A DNA stretch of 64,000 nt from Deltaproteobacteria bacterium (GTDB lineage: Bacteria; Bdellovibrionota; JAJCYS01), in contig JAJCYS010000016.1 in NCBI GenBank assembly GCA_029262815.1, positions 411 to 64,410 on the forward strand, given 5' to 3'. Below are positions 9,782-20,729 of this stretch, piece after piece. The notes under the pieces are model-generated. The model did no database searches. It was not told the DNA's origin and worked only from the letters and a program-made list of their open reading frames with translations. A program made the position numbers and the translations under genes. Within the stretch, counting starts at the first letter, position 1. Each line of letters starts with the position of its first letter.

Positions 9782-10959
9782 GATTAAATTGGTTTTTGTT
9801 CAAAAAATTTATGCTTAACCGAAAAGGAAATCGGTACCTCTCTTTGATTTCTTTATTTGCCATCATCGGATTATCTTTGGGCGTATGTGCACTCATCGTT
9901 GTGATGAGCGTCATGAAGGGATTTCAACACCAAATCAAGTCGAAGCTCAGAAACATTTCACCTGATTACCTTGTGACCTTAAATCAAAGGCCTTCGGCAC
10001 TTGATTTACATCGATTTCGTGAGGCGTTGTCGCCAAAAGACCAGCTAATGCATACGCTTACGATGAAAGCGTTGCTCATTCATAAGCCACTTGGGCAAAC
10101 GGCTATGGACTTTCGAATCGTTGATGAGGCCTACTACAGCAAGCTTAGGCCATTTATGTCACCAAAAACACGAGACCCTTCAGTTGTCATAGGCGCTGAA
10201 GCAGCTAGACGGCTCCTACTCGCCCCGGGTGATCAGGTTACATTTTTATTGCCTGGAGTATTCGAAGATCCGCTGAAACTGGTCCCCAAAAAAATCACAC
10301 TTAGAATTGGCGCTATTATTCAGACAAAAGTGTATGCCGTCGATGAGCACAGTGTCTTCATTCCAAGCTCTGTTCTGCCGTTTAACACGCTGCCCAGTTA
10401 TTTTGAACACGGACTCAATATATTTGGTAGCCCCCAAATATCTACACTTGATTCTTTCAAATCGCATCCTAAAGTAGTTTCGGTTCAAGCCTGGGAAGAA
10501 CAAAACAAATTACTCTATTTCGCTTTATGGCTCGAAGCACTTGCGATGAATATTTGCTTAACGTTGATTATTCTTGTTGCACTCAGCAGCATCATGTCGT
10601 TGTTGTACATTTTCTTTTCGGATCGAAAATTCGCACTTAGTATTTTGATGTGCCTTGGCTTATCGCCTTATCGGTTATTTAAACTATCCGCATCATTCGG
10701 GGCTATCATCGGCGTCATCGGCGTTGCTTTAGGCTTAGCTATGTCTGCTATACTTCTCACATTCCTCCACTACTCGAAAACTCCTTGGCTCCCAAACATT
10801 TATTACAATCGACAATTTCCTGTCCACATTGATCCAGTCTTTATTCTCATTGTTATCGTCGGAAGCTTCATTGCTTCATTGGGTGTCAGCGCATGGGTAT
10901 CGAGAAGTATTTTAAAGGAACGTTTACTGGACCACCTGACGGATACCCCCGTGATTTAA
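9772..10959 (+). CDS. Lipoprotein-releasing ABC transporter permease (LolC/LolE family)
   Basis: ISLFAIIGLSLGVCALIVVMSVMKGF N-terminal signature; MacB/FtsX-like topology. Confidence 0.8.
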   Translation: MFMRLNWFLFKKFMLNRKGNRYLSLISLFAIIGLSLGVCALIVVMSVMKGFQHQIKSKLRNISPDYLVTLNQRPSALDLHRFREALSPKDQLMHTLTMKALLIHKPLGQTAMDFRIVDEAYYSKLRPFMSPKTRDPSVVIGAEAARRLLLAPGDQVTFLLPGVFEDPLKLVPKKITLRIGAIIQTKVYAVDEHSVFIPSSVLPFNTLPSYFEHGLNIFGSPQISTLDSFKSHPKVVSVQAWEEQNKLLYFALWLEALAMNICLTLIILVALSSIMSLLYIFFSDRKFALSILMCLGLSPYRLFKLSASFGAIIGVIGVALGLAMSAILLTFLHYSKTPWLPNIYYNRQFPVHIDPVFILIVIVGSFIASLGVSAWVSRSILKERLLDHLTDTPVI

Positions 10960-10963
10960 AGCC

Positions 10964-11689
10964 CTATACCAAAAACTGTTTCCAAAATAAGTTAGATAGT
11001 TTTTGGGCTTTAGTTTCAACCAAAAAACAACAACCCCCTTTTGTAAACACCTGCATTTGGACTGTTTGCGCCCGTGCCTGGTTCGACACCCCATGACTCC
11101 ACCCATTTAAAATGTGTTTCTTCAAATTATATTCAAACCCCGAAAGCGTGAGGCACGCGGGTTGATGGCATAATGGATTTGAAAATACGCTGCAGTCAGT
11201 TGACTTGGAGAGCTGACACGTAAATCTATCTCGTATGAAAAATTGTTGATGAATTTTGCCCACTAGCCAAATGAGATCCCAATCATTTTTTTTTAAGAGG
11301 CGAAAGCAATCCATCACGTTTGAAAAATGATGGGTCTGCCGCCCTTCACTCATCCCAAATACAACCAATCGACGCCCCCGATTCTTTTGCTTTGAAGCCA
11401 TTTCAAGCGCAGCGGATCCATCCGAAAAATCTTTCCTCTCAGAAAAAATCGTTTTTTGTTTGTCCGGCATCTGCTCTATTTTTTTTAAGAGCCGCCGAGG
11501 TAAAGAATCTAAGTCGCCCAAAAAATGAAGTTTGTCACAAGATGAGAGCCCCGAATCGGGTAGTACACTCAAACCTCCATCTACACAATAAACATTTTTT
11601 GCTTTTTTGATCAAAGCCATCAAAGGCATAGCTGAAGCCCATTTCAGATCTATGCAACTCCCAATTACAACATCAACCTCTTGCTTCAT
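10964..11689 (-). CDS. Thiamine diphosphokinase-like protein
   Basis: CVDGG, GDLDSL, KDFSDG, GR..HHFSN, LSGFEY and GVSN motifs; start set at MKQEV (11689) because the longer ORF overlaps the divergent gene. Confidence 0.75.
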   Translation of the reverse strand: MKQEVDVVIGSCIDLKWASAMPLMALIKKAKNVYCVDGGLSVLPDSGLSSCDKLHFLGDLDSLPRRLLKKIEQMPDKQKTIFSERKDFSDGSAALEMASKQKNRGRRLVVFGMSEGRQTHHFSNVMDCFRLLKKNDWDLIWLVGKIHQQFFIRDRFTCQLSKSTDCSVFSNPLCHQPACLTLSGFEYNLKKHILNGWSHGVSNQARAQTVQMQVFTKGGCCFLVETKAQKLSNLFWKQFLV

Positions 11690-11726
11690 CTGCCCCTTAT
11701 CATACATAAATGATAAAATATATGTT

Positions 11727-12398
11727 ATGGCTAATGCATTTCGCACCCTACTCCTCTCACTTACATTTGCACTTTTTCTCACCGGTTGTAATGCGCGAAA
11801 CCTCCATTTTATAGGTGAAAACGGCCAATCCCCCCTTACGTACCGCACTTCACAATTGCCCGAATATGAACTTCGTTCAATTCTGGCACGGTACAATATA
11901 GACGTCATCATCAACTTGTGGGGATTACGAAAAAAGGATACCCATCGTTATCTCAAAGAAAAAGCCGTGGCCAAAGAACTTGGTATCGAATACCACGATA
12001 TGCAGTGGAGCTCATTTCGATACCCCTCCAAGGAGATTCTTCTGGCGTTCATCGAAGTGTTAAATCTCATCGTGGAACGCGACATGAATCTACTTATCCA
12101 TTGCAAAGGCGGGATTGATCGAACGGGGTTAGGGTCTGCGATTATCAGACTCGTGATGTATAATGCATCGCTCAAAAACGCCATTACGATGCTCGATCCA
12201 GAATATGGGTTTTCTTGCTTCAACAACTGTGAGCTCAAAGTCGTCATTCTTCCCTATGCAAACTTTGAAGCCATTCAAACGTTTGAAGAATGGGTCAAAA
12301 CAAACTATACCCCTGTATTACCTACGTTCGGATCCTACGAGCCTCCAGAATCCATTGATATTGCAGCAACAACATATATCAAATTATTTCAAAAGTGA
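11727..12398 (+). CDS. Lipoprotein, protein-tyrosine/dual-specificity phosphatase family
   Basis: HCKGGIDRTG (CX5R P-loop), YRTSQL, VIINL; lipobox FLTGC after ATG 11727. Confidence 0.8.
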   Translation: MANAFRTLLLSLTFALFLTGCNARNLHFIGENGQSPLTYRTSQLPEYELRSILARYNIDVIINLWGLRKKDTHRYLKEKAVAKELGIEYHDMQWSSFRYPSKEILLAFIEVLNLIVERDMNLLIHCKGGIDRTGLGSAIIRLVMYNASLKNAITMLDPEYGFSCFNNCELKVVILPYANFEAIQTFEEWVKTNYTPVLPTFGSYEPPESIDIAATTYIKLFQK

Positions 12399-13027
12399 GT
12401 ACGAGAATGAGATGGGGAAGCACCCTCTTTGTTTCAATTCTATTGAGCAGTTGTAACCAAATCAATTTTCATCGTATTGGTGACCCCAAAGACACCCCAG
12501 CCGCATATCGCTCAGCCCAACTGAACCCCTATGATTTGCGATCTTATGTCACCCGCCACCGAATCGACACGATTGTCAATTTTTGGGGTTTTCAGACCGA
12601 CCCCAAAATAGAATATATCCTTGAGAAACAGATAACTTACGAGCTAGGCATCGAGTATCACGAGTTTTTAATTCGAGCTCAAAGCCAATACCCCAGCAAG
12701 AAAATCGTCTTAATATTGATTGATATTATTGAAACCGCAAAGCTGGAAAACCGAGTCATTTTGTTCCACTGCAGAGCAGGGTTTGATAGATCGGGGTTCG
12801 GAGGTGCACTGGCCAAGCTGATTTTACATAACAAATCTGTCGTCAATGCCCTTACGATGCTCTCCCCAAATTATGGATATTCTTGTTTTGAGCGTTGCTT
12901 GTTTAAAGAATTTATCCAGGCATATCAACCGTTTGAACATCACTTAAGTCTCAAAGAGTGGGTCATGCAGCATTATTCACCTGAAGGGGGTGGCGTGGGT
13001 CAATACCAACCTCCCAGCATAAAATGA
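12395..13027 (+). CDS. Second lipoprotein, protein-tyrosine/dual-specificity phosphatase family (paralog)
   Basis: HCRAGFDRSG CX5R, YRSAQL; lipobox LLSSC. Confidence 0.8.
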   Translation: MSTRMRWGSTLFVSILLSSCNQINFHRIGDPKDTPAAYRSAQLNPYDLRSYVTRHRIDTIVNFWGFQTDPKIEYILEKQITYELGIEYHEFLIRAQSQYPSKKIVLILIDIIETAKLENRVILFHCRAGFDRSGFGGALAKLILHNKSVVNALTMLSPNYGYSCFERCLFKEFIQAYQPFEHHLSLKEWVMQHYSPEGGGVGQYQPPSIK

Positions 13028-13079
13028 ACCACGCTTTGGCATTGCCTCTTACAGGTTGATTTTCGTATAGTAGGTAACC

Positions 13080-14891
13080 ATGTCTTCAGACCAGTCTCAT
13101 ATTCGAAACTTCTCCATCATCGCTCATATTGATCACGGAAAGTCCACATTAGCTGATCGCCTCTTAGAACAAACCAAGGCAGTTTCACATCGAGAAATGA
13201 AGGCCCAGCTCTTAGACTCAATGGACATTGAGCGTGAACGCGGCATTACGATCAAAGCCCAAACCGCTCGCATGCATTATAGTTTAGAGGGTCAATCTCA
13301 TATCCTGAATCTCATCGACACGCCCGGACATGTTGATTTCACATATGAAGTTTCAAGGTCTTTGGCAGCGTGCCAAGGCGTCTTATTAATCGTTGACGCT
13401 TCACAAGGCATCGAAGCTCAAACTATTTCTAATACTTATTTAGCCATCGAGCAGGGCTTAGAGATTATCCCTGTAATTAATAAAATTGACTTGCCAGCCG
13501 CTGATCCGGATCGCGTCAAAAAAACGCTCGAAACAGATATCGGTCTCGATATTGAAAACACTATCTTGGTGAGTGCCAAAGAGGGAATCGGCGTCCCGGA
13601 ATTATTACGGACCATTGTAAAACACATCCCTGCTCCGTCTGGCGAAACTCAGGCCCCTCTACAAGCACTCGTTTTTGATGCCTGGTTTGATGTCTATCAA
13701 GGCGTCATTGCACTTGTCAACGTTGCACATGGCACATTGAACAAAGGAGATGCTGTCTACTTTGTACATTCCAAAACAAAGTATGAAGTACTGAAATGTG
13801 GGTATCTGACACCCAAAATGGTTGAATCCAAAGGGTTGAAAACCGGAGAAGTGGGGTTTGTGATTTGTGGGATTAAGGATATCCACGATATTACCGTAGG
13901 TGACACCCTCACCCATCTTCAGACTTCAAAGGTTAGCCCACTTCCCGGATTCAAAGAAATTCGGCCCGTCGTTTTTTCGGGTATTTTCCCAACAGAGGCA
14001 AGTGATTATAACAATCTCCGCCACGCCCTTGAAAAACTCACCCTAAACGACGCAGCCTTGAAGTTCGAACCTGAAAATTCAAATGCCCTGGGCCTTGGAT
14101 TTCGCTTGGGATTTCTTGGGTTACTCCATATGGAAATTGTCCAAGAACGCCTAGAGCGAGAATACAACTTAAACCTCATCACAACGGCACCATCCGTCAT
14201 CTTTGAACTGGTCCTGAACTCAGGCAAAGAGTATCAGATAGAAAACCCATCTCAATTCCCGGATCCCCATGTGATCGAAGCTGTGCGAGAACCCATCGTA
14301 AAAATGAGTATTTATACGCCAAGCGTTCATCTTGGCAACGTATTAACACTGTGTGAGGAAAAACGAGGAAGACAGCTTAAAATGGACTTTCTCAGCCAAT
14401 CCAGAGTATTACTCGAATATGCTATGCCGTACTCCGAAATTATTTTAGATTTTCATGACAAACTTAAAAGTGGCTCCAAAGGCTATGCAAGTATGGATTA
14501 CGAGCCTCAGGGGTATCAAGCCGGCGACATGGTGAAACTCGACATCTTACTCAATGCCGAAGTGGTTGATGCCCTATCTGTCATCGTCCATCGAGAAAAA
14601 GCGACCGCGATGGGTAAAGCCCTTTGTAAGCGATTGAAAGACGTCCTATCTCGCCAAATGTTTGAAATTGCTATACAAGCTGCCATTGGAAAGAAAGTCA
14701 TCTCTCGTGAAACCCTCGGTGCCATGCGAAAAGATGTGACTGCAAAGTGCTACGGGGGTGATATTTCTCGAAAAAGAAAGTTGCTTGAAAAACAAAAAAA
14801 GGGTAAGAAACGTATGAAGCGTGTCGGCAAAGTAGATATCCCCCAAGATGCCTTCTTAGCCGTTTTATCCTTGGGACGAGATGACAAATAA
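13080..14891 (+). CDS. lepA: Elongation factor 4 (LepA)
   Basis: [44 protein letters not shown]. Confidence 0.98.
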   Translation: MSSDQSHIRNFSIIAHIDHGKSTLADRLLEQTKAVSHREMKAQLLDSMDIERERGITIKAQTARMHYSLEGQSHILNLIDTPGHVDFTYEVSRSLAACQGVLLIVDASQGIEAQTISNTYLAIEQGLEIIPVINKIDLPAADPDRVKKTLETDIGLDIENTILVSAKEGIGVPELLRTIVKHIPAPSGETQAPLQALVFDAWFDVYQGVIALVNVAHGTLNKGDAVYFVHSKTKYEVLKCGYLTPKMVESKGLKTGEVGFVICGIKDIHDITVGDTLTHLQTSKVSPLPGFKEIRPVVFSGIFPTEASDYNNLRHALEKLTLNDAALKFEPENSNALGLGFRLGFLGLLHMEIVQERLEREYNLNLITTAPSVIFELVLNSGKEYQIENPSQFPDPHVIEAVREPIVKMSIYTPSVHLGNVLTLCEEKRGRQLKMDFLSQSRVLLEYAMPYSEIILDFHDKLKSGSKGYASMDYEPQGYQAGDMVKLDILLNAEVVDALSVIVHREKATAMGKALCKRLKDVLSRQMFEIAIQAAIGKKVISRETLGAMRKDVTAKCYGGDISRKRKLLEKQKKGKKRMKRVGKVDIPQDAFLAVLSLGRDDK

Positions 14892-15795
14892 GGTTATAAC
14901 TCAATTAAACCAAGTCACCGATCTACCGCTACCGCTTTTCCCTTTTTTTAAACTCTGTCAATCGTTGAAAACAAAAGGCCCCCCCGAGCTATGGCGTCCC
15001 TTTCTTAAAGACAAAACAGCAATCTTATACTTTGAAGAAGTAAGTACCCGCACACGCCTCTCATTTGAATTGGCTGCAAAAAAATTAGGTCTCACGGTAC
15101 TAACCCTTGAAGGAGGTCAAAGTAGTCATGTTAAAGGAGAGTCCCTAAAAGACACCCTTGAAAACATGGCATGGCTTTCACCCGACGTGCTCGTCGTTAG
15201 AACAGCAGCACCCACACTCCCGAAAACTCAGGCTTCGATTCCAACCATCAACGCAGGCACAGGTGCTACAGCACACCCCACTCAAGCCTTGGCTGATTTA
15301 TTGACATTATTTGAAGCGCACCACAACGCTTTACCACCACTCGCTATTGGGTATTGTGGAGACGTATCTCGTAGTCGGGTGTTCCAATCTCATATGCGGC
15401 TCAAGAAACTCTGGCCAGATCTCTCTGTTTCATTATGCGCACCCACACCCATAAAAAACATACCCAACTATGATGGCCCGTTCACTTATTTCTCATCTCG
15501 TCAGGCGATGGCCAAGAAAGCGAACGTAATCTACTCCATCAGACCTCAAAAAGAACGATCCCTAAATCCTGATTTTAAGGGGGATGCATTAACTGAGCCC
15601 ACACAATTTTACAAAATTGAGCCTCAAGACCTAACTGATTCGACCTGGCTCATGAGTCCAGGTCCGATTAACTATGAAACAGATATGAACCCAAGCTTGC
15701 TCACTCATCCCCGTTCGCTGATTCCCAGACAAGTAGAGAACGGTCTCTATGTGCGCATGGCCCTTTTGGCGTTAGCATTAGGAGTCCCTCAATGA
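14881..15795 (+). CDS. pyrB: Aspartate carbamoyltransferase catalytic subunit (divergent)
   Basis: [47 protein letters not shown]. Confidence 0.88.
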   Translation: MTNKVITQLNQVTDLPLPLFPFFKLCQSLKTKGPPELWRPFLKDKTAILYFEEVSTRTRLSFELAAKKLGLTVLTLEGGQSSHVKGESLKDTLENMAWLSPDVLVVRTAAPTLPKTQASIPTINAGTGATAHPTQALADLLTLFEAHHNALPPLAIGYCGDVSRSRVFQSHMRLKKLWPDLSVSLCAPTPIKNIPNYDGPFTYFSSRQAMAKKANVIYSIRPQKERSLNPDFKGDALTEPTQFYKIEPQDLTDSTWLMSPGPINYETDMNPSLLTHPRSLIPRQVENGLYVRMALLALALGVPQ

Positions 15796-16964
15796 GCATT
15801 CATGCCCCCTTGCAATATCACCCGGATGCCTTTCGCCCTCACATCCATAAAGCTTGGGTAGTGTTGCCGAATAATCTGAGATATCCGGCCTATGCCTTAT
15901 GCAAACGCATGCCCCATACTTATTCAGGGGAGCTTGTCTTTAATACAAGTTTCGCTGGCTACACCGAAATCATCACAGACCCCAGCTACGCAGATCAATT
16001 GGTCCTATTCACCCATCCGCACGTAGGCAGTTATGGTATAGACCCCGCACATTTCCAATCCGGTGGGCCTCAATGCACTGCGGTACTTCTTAATCGGTTG
16101 GACTATGCTTCTGATGGCGCTTTTGCAAAATGGTTGCTTGAGGCTGACATTCCGATTTTATTTGGACTACCCACACGCGAATTGACTCAACACATACGCC
16201 ATCATGGCGCCATGCGGTGCCAAATCATCATCGATGCTGCTGCAACTGAATCACAAATTCAGAAAATCGAAGTTTCTAATACGCCCGCGACGTTCTCAAA
16301 TAAATTACTTGACCGTGTCTCGTGTTCTGAGCCCAGACGGTTTGGGAACAAAGGTCACACGAAGCTGGCTGTATATGATTTTGGAATTAAAAAAAACATT
16401 CTACATCTTTTGGAGCGTAGGGGATGTTACGGCACGTGCTATCCCTGGCACACATCCTTTGAAACAGTTATGTCTGATAACCCTGATGGTCTAGTCCTTT
16501 CAAACGGTCCCGGAGATCCAAGGGAATATACCCAAGCCGTCTTAGAGGTTGCCAAAGCGATCGGAAATATCCCTATTTTAGCTATTTGTTTGGGTCATCA
16601 ACTCTTGTGTTTAGCCCTTGGAGGCCAAGTAACCAAGTTGAAGTTCGGACACAGAGGCGGTAATCACCCCGTCCAAGACCTTAGGCTCCGTCGAACCTAT
16701 ATTGCTGCTCACAATCATGGGTATGCCGTGCTGGAACCCTCTATAAATGGGCTCAACGGTGTTCAGACATGGTTTAAAAATCTAACAGATCAAAGTTTGG
16801 CGGGCGTCATCAGCGAATCTCGCCATTTTCTCAGCGTACAGTTTCATCCAGAAGGGGCACCTGGACCTCATGATACCCACTATGTGTTTGATGAATATCT
16901 CAAGCATTTAGCGACGTTCAAACACCTCAACCTATCACGTGCATTTCAGGAGGTTACACCATGA
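15792..16964 (+). CDS. carA: Carbamoyl-phosphate synthase small subunit
   Basis: GELVFNTS..ITDPSY, LSNGPGDP, ICLGHQ, VQFHPE. Confidence 0.95.
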   Translation: MSIHAPLQYHPDAFRPHIHKAWVVLPNNLRYPAYALCKRMPHTYSGELVFNTSFAGYTEIITDPSYADQLVLFTHPHVGSYGIDPAHFQSGGPQCTAVLLNRLDYASDGAFAKWLLEADIPILFGLPTRELTQHIRHHGAMRCQIIIDAAATESQIQKIEVSNTPATFSNKLLDRVSCSEPRRFGNKGHTKLAVYDFGIKKNILHLLERRGCYGTCYPWHTSFETVMSDNPDGLVLSNGPGDPREYTQAVLEVAKAIGNIPILAICLGHQLLCLALGGQVTKLKFGHRGGNHPVQDLRLRRTYIAAHNHGYAVLEPSINGLNGVQTWFKNLTDQSLAGVISESRHFLSVQFHPEGAPGPHDTHYVFDEYLKHLATFKHLNLSRAFQEVTP

Positions 16965-19900
16965 GAAATCCGCGACCTGGAGATACAATTTTTATCATAG
17001 GTGCAGGTCCGATAGTCATTGGACAAGCATGTGAGTTTGATTATTCAGGATGCCAAGCTTGTAAAGTTTTAAAAGAGAAAGGGTTTCGTACCGTTCTCTT
17101 AAACTCAAACCCCGCCACGATCATGACTGATCCAGATATGGCAGATGCTGTTTACATCGAACCCATGACACCTGAAAGTTGTCTCAGTATCATTGAAAAA
17201 GAGAAGCCCAATTTTCTTCTCCCTACGATGGGAGGTCAAACGGCACTTAACTTGACTCGGGCCTTACACAAGCAGGGCGGACTGAAAACACTTCAAGTAT
17301 TGGGTGCAACTATTGATGCTATCGAAACAGCCGAAAATCGTGAAGCATTTAAGAAACTTGTCGAACGCCTTGGGTACAACTGCCTCAGAAGCGTCTACGT
17401 TAAACATCTGGATGATGCGCTTAAAGCACTGACTCATCTTTCATTCCCATTGATTCTGAGATCTAGCTTTACGTTAGGTGGACAAGGAGGCATCGTTGTT
17501 CACACGCCCGAGGCTTATTTGCTTGAAATCAAAAATGCCCTCGATCTCAGCCCGGTGGGCGAGGCGCTTGTCGAACAGAGTTGTGTCGGGTGGAAAGAAA
17601 TTGAACTCGAAGTGATGAAAGATGGCCACGGCAACAGCCTTGTGGTGTGTGGTATTGAGAACTTGGATCCTATGGGCGTTCACACGGGAGATTCCATTAC
17701 CGTCGCACCTCTTCAAACGGTTAGTGACGGCGAATACCAAATAATGCGCTCACAGGCCTTAGACATTATGGATGGTCTTGGGATTCAAACAGGTGGAGCC
17801 AACATACAGTTTTGCCAAGATCCTAAAACAAAATCGTTTTATGTTATTGAGGTCAATCCCAGAGTTTCTCGGTCATCGGCATTGGCTTCAAAAGCGACCG
17901 GATTCCCCATCGCCAAAATTGCTGCACTTGTTGCGATTGGCGAATCACTGGATGCTATTCAAAATGACATCACACGGGAAACGCCAGCCAGTTTCGAACC
18001 CGCATTAGACTATGTGGTTGTAAAGCTGCCCAAATTCAATTTTGAAAAATTCCCCAGCGAATCTTCAGAGCTCGGCATATCTATGAAAGCCATCGGGGAA
18101 ACAATGGCTGTGGGCAGAACATTCGAAGAGTCTTTAATGAAGGGGCTACGTTCTCTTACGCAGAGCAATGATCCGATTCAACTCTTTGAAGAAAAATATA
18201 AAATGACTGCAAAAAACTTGGACGAGGAAGCATTGCGAGGCATGTTGGGCAAACCTTCTGCTGATCGTTTGCTCTACGTTTGGTTTGCTTTCGAAAAAGG
18301 ATTTACTGTAGATGCCGTTCACAATTTGACGCATATCTCGCCTTGGTTTTTAGAAAAAATTCAGCATCTTTCTTCCTTAAGAAAATCGTTGAAAGAAGAT
18401 CCTACGAACAACGATCGACATACGGCACATCATCATGGGTTTCATCAATTCGACCCAGATGAAGGGCTTACCCCCTATACCTTTTCGACAATTGACACGT
18501 GTGCTGCAGAGTTTGTGTCATATACCCCTTACGGGTATGCATCCGCTTCTGCATCAAAGGATGAATTACCCAAAGGGGATGTCCCTTGGGTCGCCATTAT
18601 TGGCAGTGGACCCAACCAAATTGGGCAGGGGCTTGAGTTTGATAGCATGTGTGTCCACGCCATTCAGGGTGTCAAATCAAAAGGGTTTCGCACACTGATG
18701 ATCAATAACAATCCTGAAACTGTGAGCACGGATTATGATTGTTCAGATGCATTGGTGTTTGAACCTATTGCACCCAAAGATATCGTTCATACCTTAAAAA
18801 GTTTTACGCCTCTTAAAGGCGTTGTCCTGATGATGGGCGGACAAAGTGCTATCAATGTTGCCAAAGCTATCCAAGAGGCTGATATTCCAATCCTCGGCGC
18901 TAGTCAGGATCGTATTGATCTATGTGAGGATCGAGATCGCTTTCGTCAGTTTCTTTCAGAATGTCGATTAAAATCACCTGAAGGGTGCACGTTAAATACA
19001 TTGGACGATCTGAAGCAGGTAGCTGATACCTTAAATTTCCCGATGATTGTCCGACCGTCTTTCATTATTGGTGGTAGTGACATTCATATACTTGCCAACC
19101 CAAAAGAGCTTCAGAATTTTGCCCAACAACTCGAGACACAACGGACTGCCCCTTTCCCAATGGTGGCAGAACATTTTTTATCTCATGCTTTAGAATATGA
19201 CTGCGATGTCATTTGTGATCACGAAGGCAATATTGTGATTGCTGGCATTATTGAACATGTCGAGCAAGCTGGCATTCATAGTGGCGATTCTACCGGAATT
19301 TTTCCGCCGTACTACACGGACCCTTCACTCATTGAGCGTATAGAGCAAGCAGCTTACACGATCACTCGCACCTTACAGGTGAATGGGCTGTTGAATATTC
19401 AATTTGCCATTCAAGATGATGAGTTGTATGTCATTGAGGTGAATCCGAGGGGATCCCGTACGGTTCCATTTTTATCAAAATCAACTGGGCTCCCGATTGC
19501 ACGGATTGCGACTCAAGTCGCACTTGGTGAGACCCTTGCTGATCACTTTCCCTTAATGGATGGCATATACAGTTTGAACAAGGCTTATATTCCTTTTTAC
19601 AGTGTTAAAAAACCTGTGTTCCCGTTTGATCGCTTCAAAGGCGCAGATGTCATCTTAGGTCCTCAAATGAAATCAACGGGCGAGGCCATGGGTATTTCAA
19701 GAAATTTCTATACAGCTTACAAAAAAGCATTGATCGCCTCAGGCCAGTCTATCCCGGCCCCTGGGTCTACCTTTTTTATTACGTTGTGTGATGAGGACAA
19801 ACACTTGCTCGCAAAGATGATTCGCCCGCTTATTGAAAAAGGCTATCACCTAGTTACGACGGAAGGCACACATGCAGCGCTTCAAAAGCTTGGGATTTCC

Positions 19901-20176
19901 TCTCAAAAAGTGTATAAAAATGCTGAGGGACATCCGAATGCACTCGATTTAGTTGCACAAGGGCGAGTCCATTTTATTTTTAATACAACACGTAGCAAAC
20001 GGGCGATGTTGGATGAGATTCACATCAGACGGCTTGCAGTAAGATACAGAGTGCCTTATTGTACAGATATTTCTGAAATGCAGGTCATTTCAAAGCTGAT
20101 TCAGAGTTGGGACTTTAAGGAAAAAGTCTCAAATATCCGCTTGTATCACGATCAGGTGAGATTAGGAGGTTTCTAA
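16961..20176 (+). CDS. carB: Carbamoyl-phosphate synthase large subunit
   Basis: GAGPIVIGQACEFDYSG, duplicated ATP-grasp domains, C-terminal MGS domain. Confidence 0.97.
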   Translation: MRNPRPGDTIFIIGAGPIVIGQACEFDYSGCQACKVLKEKGFRTVLLNSNPATIMTDPDMADAVYIEPMTPESCLSIIEKEKPNFLLPTMGGQTALNLTRALHKQGGLKTLQVLGATIDAIETAENREAFKKLVERLGYNCLRSVYVKHLDDALKALTHLSFPLILRSSFTLGGQGGIVVHTPEAYLLEIKNALDLSPVGEALVEQSCVGWKEIELEVMKDGHGNSLVVCGIENLDPMGVHTGDSITVAPLQTVSDGEYQIMRSQALDIMDGLGIQTGGANIQFCQDPKTKSFYVIEVNPRVSRSSALASKATGFPIAKIAALVAIGESLDAIQNDITRETPASFEPALDYVVVKLPKFNFEKFPSESSELGISMKAIGETMAVGRTFEESLMKGLRSLTQSNDPIQLFEEKYKMTAKNLDEEALRGMLGKPSADRLLYVWFAFEKGFTVDAVHNLTHISPWFLEKIQHLSSLRKSLKEDPTNNDRHTAHHHGFHQFDPDEGLTPYTFSTIDTCAAEFVSYTPYGYASASASKDELPKGDVPWVAIIGSGPNQIGQGLEFDSMCVHAIQGVKSKGFRTLMINNNPETVSTDYDCSDALVFEPIAPKDIVHTLKSFTPLKGVVLMMGGQSAINVAKAIQEADIPILGASQDRIDLCEDRDRFRQFLSECRLKSPEGCTLNTLDDLKQVADTLNFPMIVRPSFIIGGSDIHILANPKELQNFAQQLETQRTAPFPMVAEHFLSHALEYDCDVICDHEGNIVIAGIIEHVEQAGIHSGDSTGIFPPYYTDPSLIERIEQAAYTITRTLQVNGLLNIQFAIQDDELYVIEVNPRGSRTVPFLSKSTGLPIARIATQVALGETLADHFPLMDGIYSLNKAYIPFYSVKKPVFPFDRFKGADVILGPQMKSTGEAMGISRNFYTAYKKALIASGQSIPAPGSTFFITLCDEDKHLLAKMIRPLIEKGYHLVTTEGTHAALQKLGISSQKVYKNAEGHPNALDLVAQGRVHFIFNTTRSKRAMLDEIHIRRLAVRYRVPYCTDISEMQVISKLIQSWDFKEKVSNIRLYHDQVRLGGF

Positions 20177-20178
20177 TC

Positions 20179-20655
20179 ATGGAAAAAACAGTCATGACCT
20201 TAGTGGGCAAACGTGCTCTAGAAAAGGAACTGAAAAAACTACTCCAAGTTGATCGACCCCAAGTTATCAAAGACATTGAAGAGGCTCGCGCACACGGAGA
20301 TTTAAGTGAGAATGCAGAATATCATGCTGCAAAAGAGCAACAAGGGTTTATCACTGGACGGATTTCTGAGATCAAAAGTAAGCTTGGGACAGCTGAAGTT
20401 ATCAACCCGAATCAAATAACAACCACGGAGAGGGCTGCCTTTAGCGCTACGGTTAGTCTAGAAAATCAAGAGACTGGGGAAACTAAAATTTATCAAATCG
20501 TAGGCACCGATGAAGCAGATATCAACAATGGCAAAATCGGTTATCAAAGTCCCTTTGCTCGAAAGATGATCGGCCGTTTCGTTGGAGATGAGATTGAGCA
20601 TGTGACCCCAAAGGGCGAGCAAGTTTGGATTATCACCGACGTTGTTTTTAAATAG
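20179..20655 (+). CDS. greA: Transcription elongation factor GreA
   Basis: EARAHGDLSENAEYHAAKE. Confidence 0.96.
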   Translation: MEKTVMTLVGKRALEKELKKLLQVDRPQVIKDIEEARAHGDLSENAEYHAAKEQQGFITGRISEIKSKLGTAEVINPNQITTTERAAFSATVSLENQETGETKIYQIVGTDEADINNGKIGYQSPFARKMIGRFVGDEIEHVTPKGEQVWIITDVVFK

Positions 20656-20662
20656 GACGGAC

Positions 20663-20698
20663 TGGATTCCCGCTCACACTACGCGCGTCGGGGATGAC
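20663..20698. repeat. REP-like extragenic element (TGGATTCCCGC...GATGAC)
   Basis: 30/36 identical to 33026-33061; lies between convergent genes. Confidence 0.65.
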
Positions 20699-20729
20699 TG
20701 GGTCGTATTAAGTGGCTGTCCCCAATCAT

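Noticed and set aside
11690-11914. N-terminal extensions of the 10964..11914 and 11607..12398 ORFs implying long antisense overlap
   Set aside because: Starts at 11689 (-) and 11727 (+) give non-overlapping divergent genes with sensible N-termini
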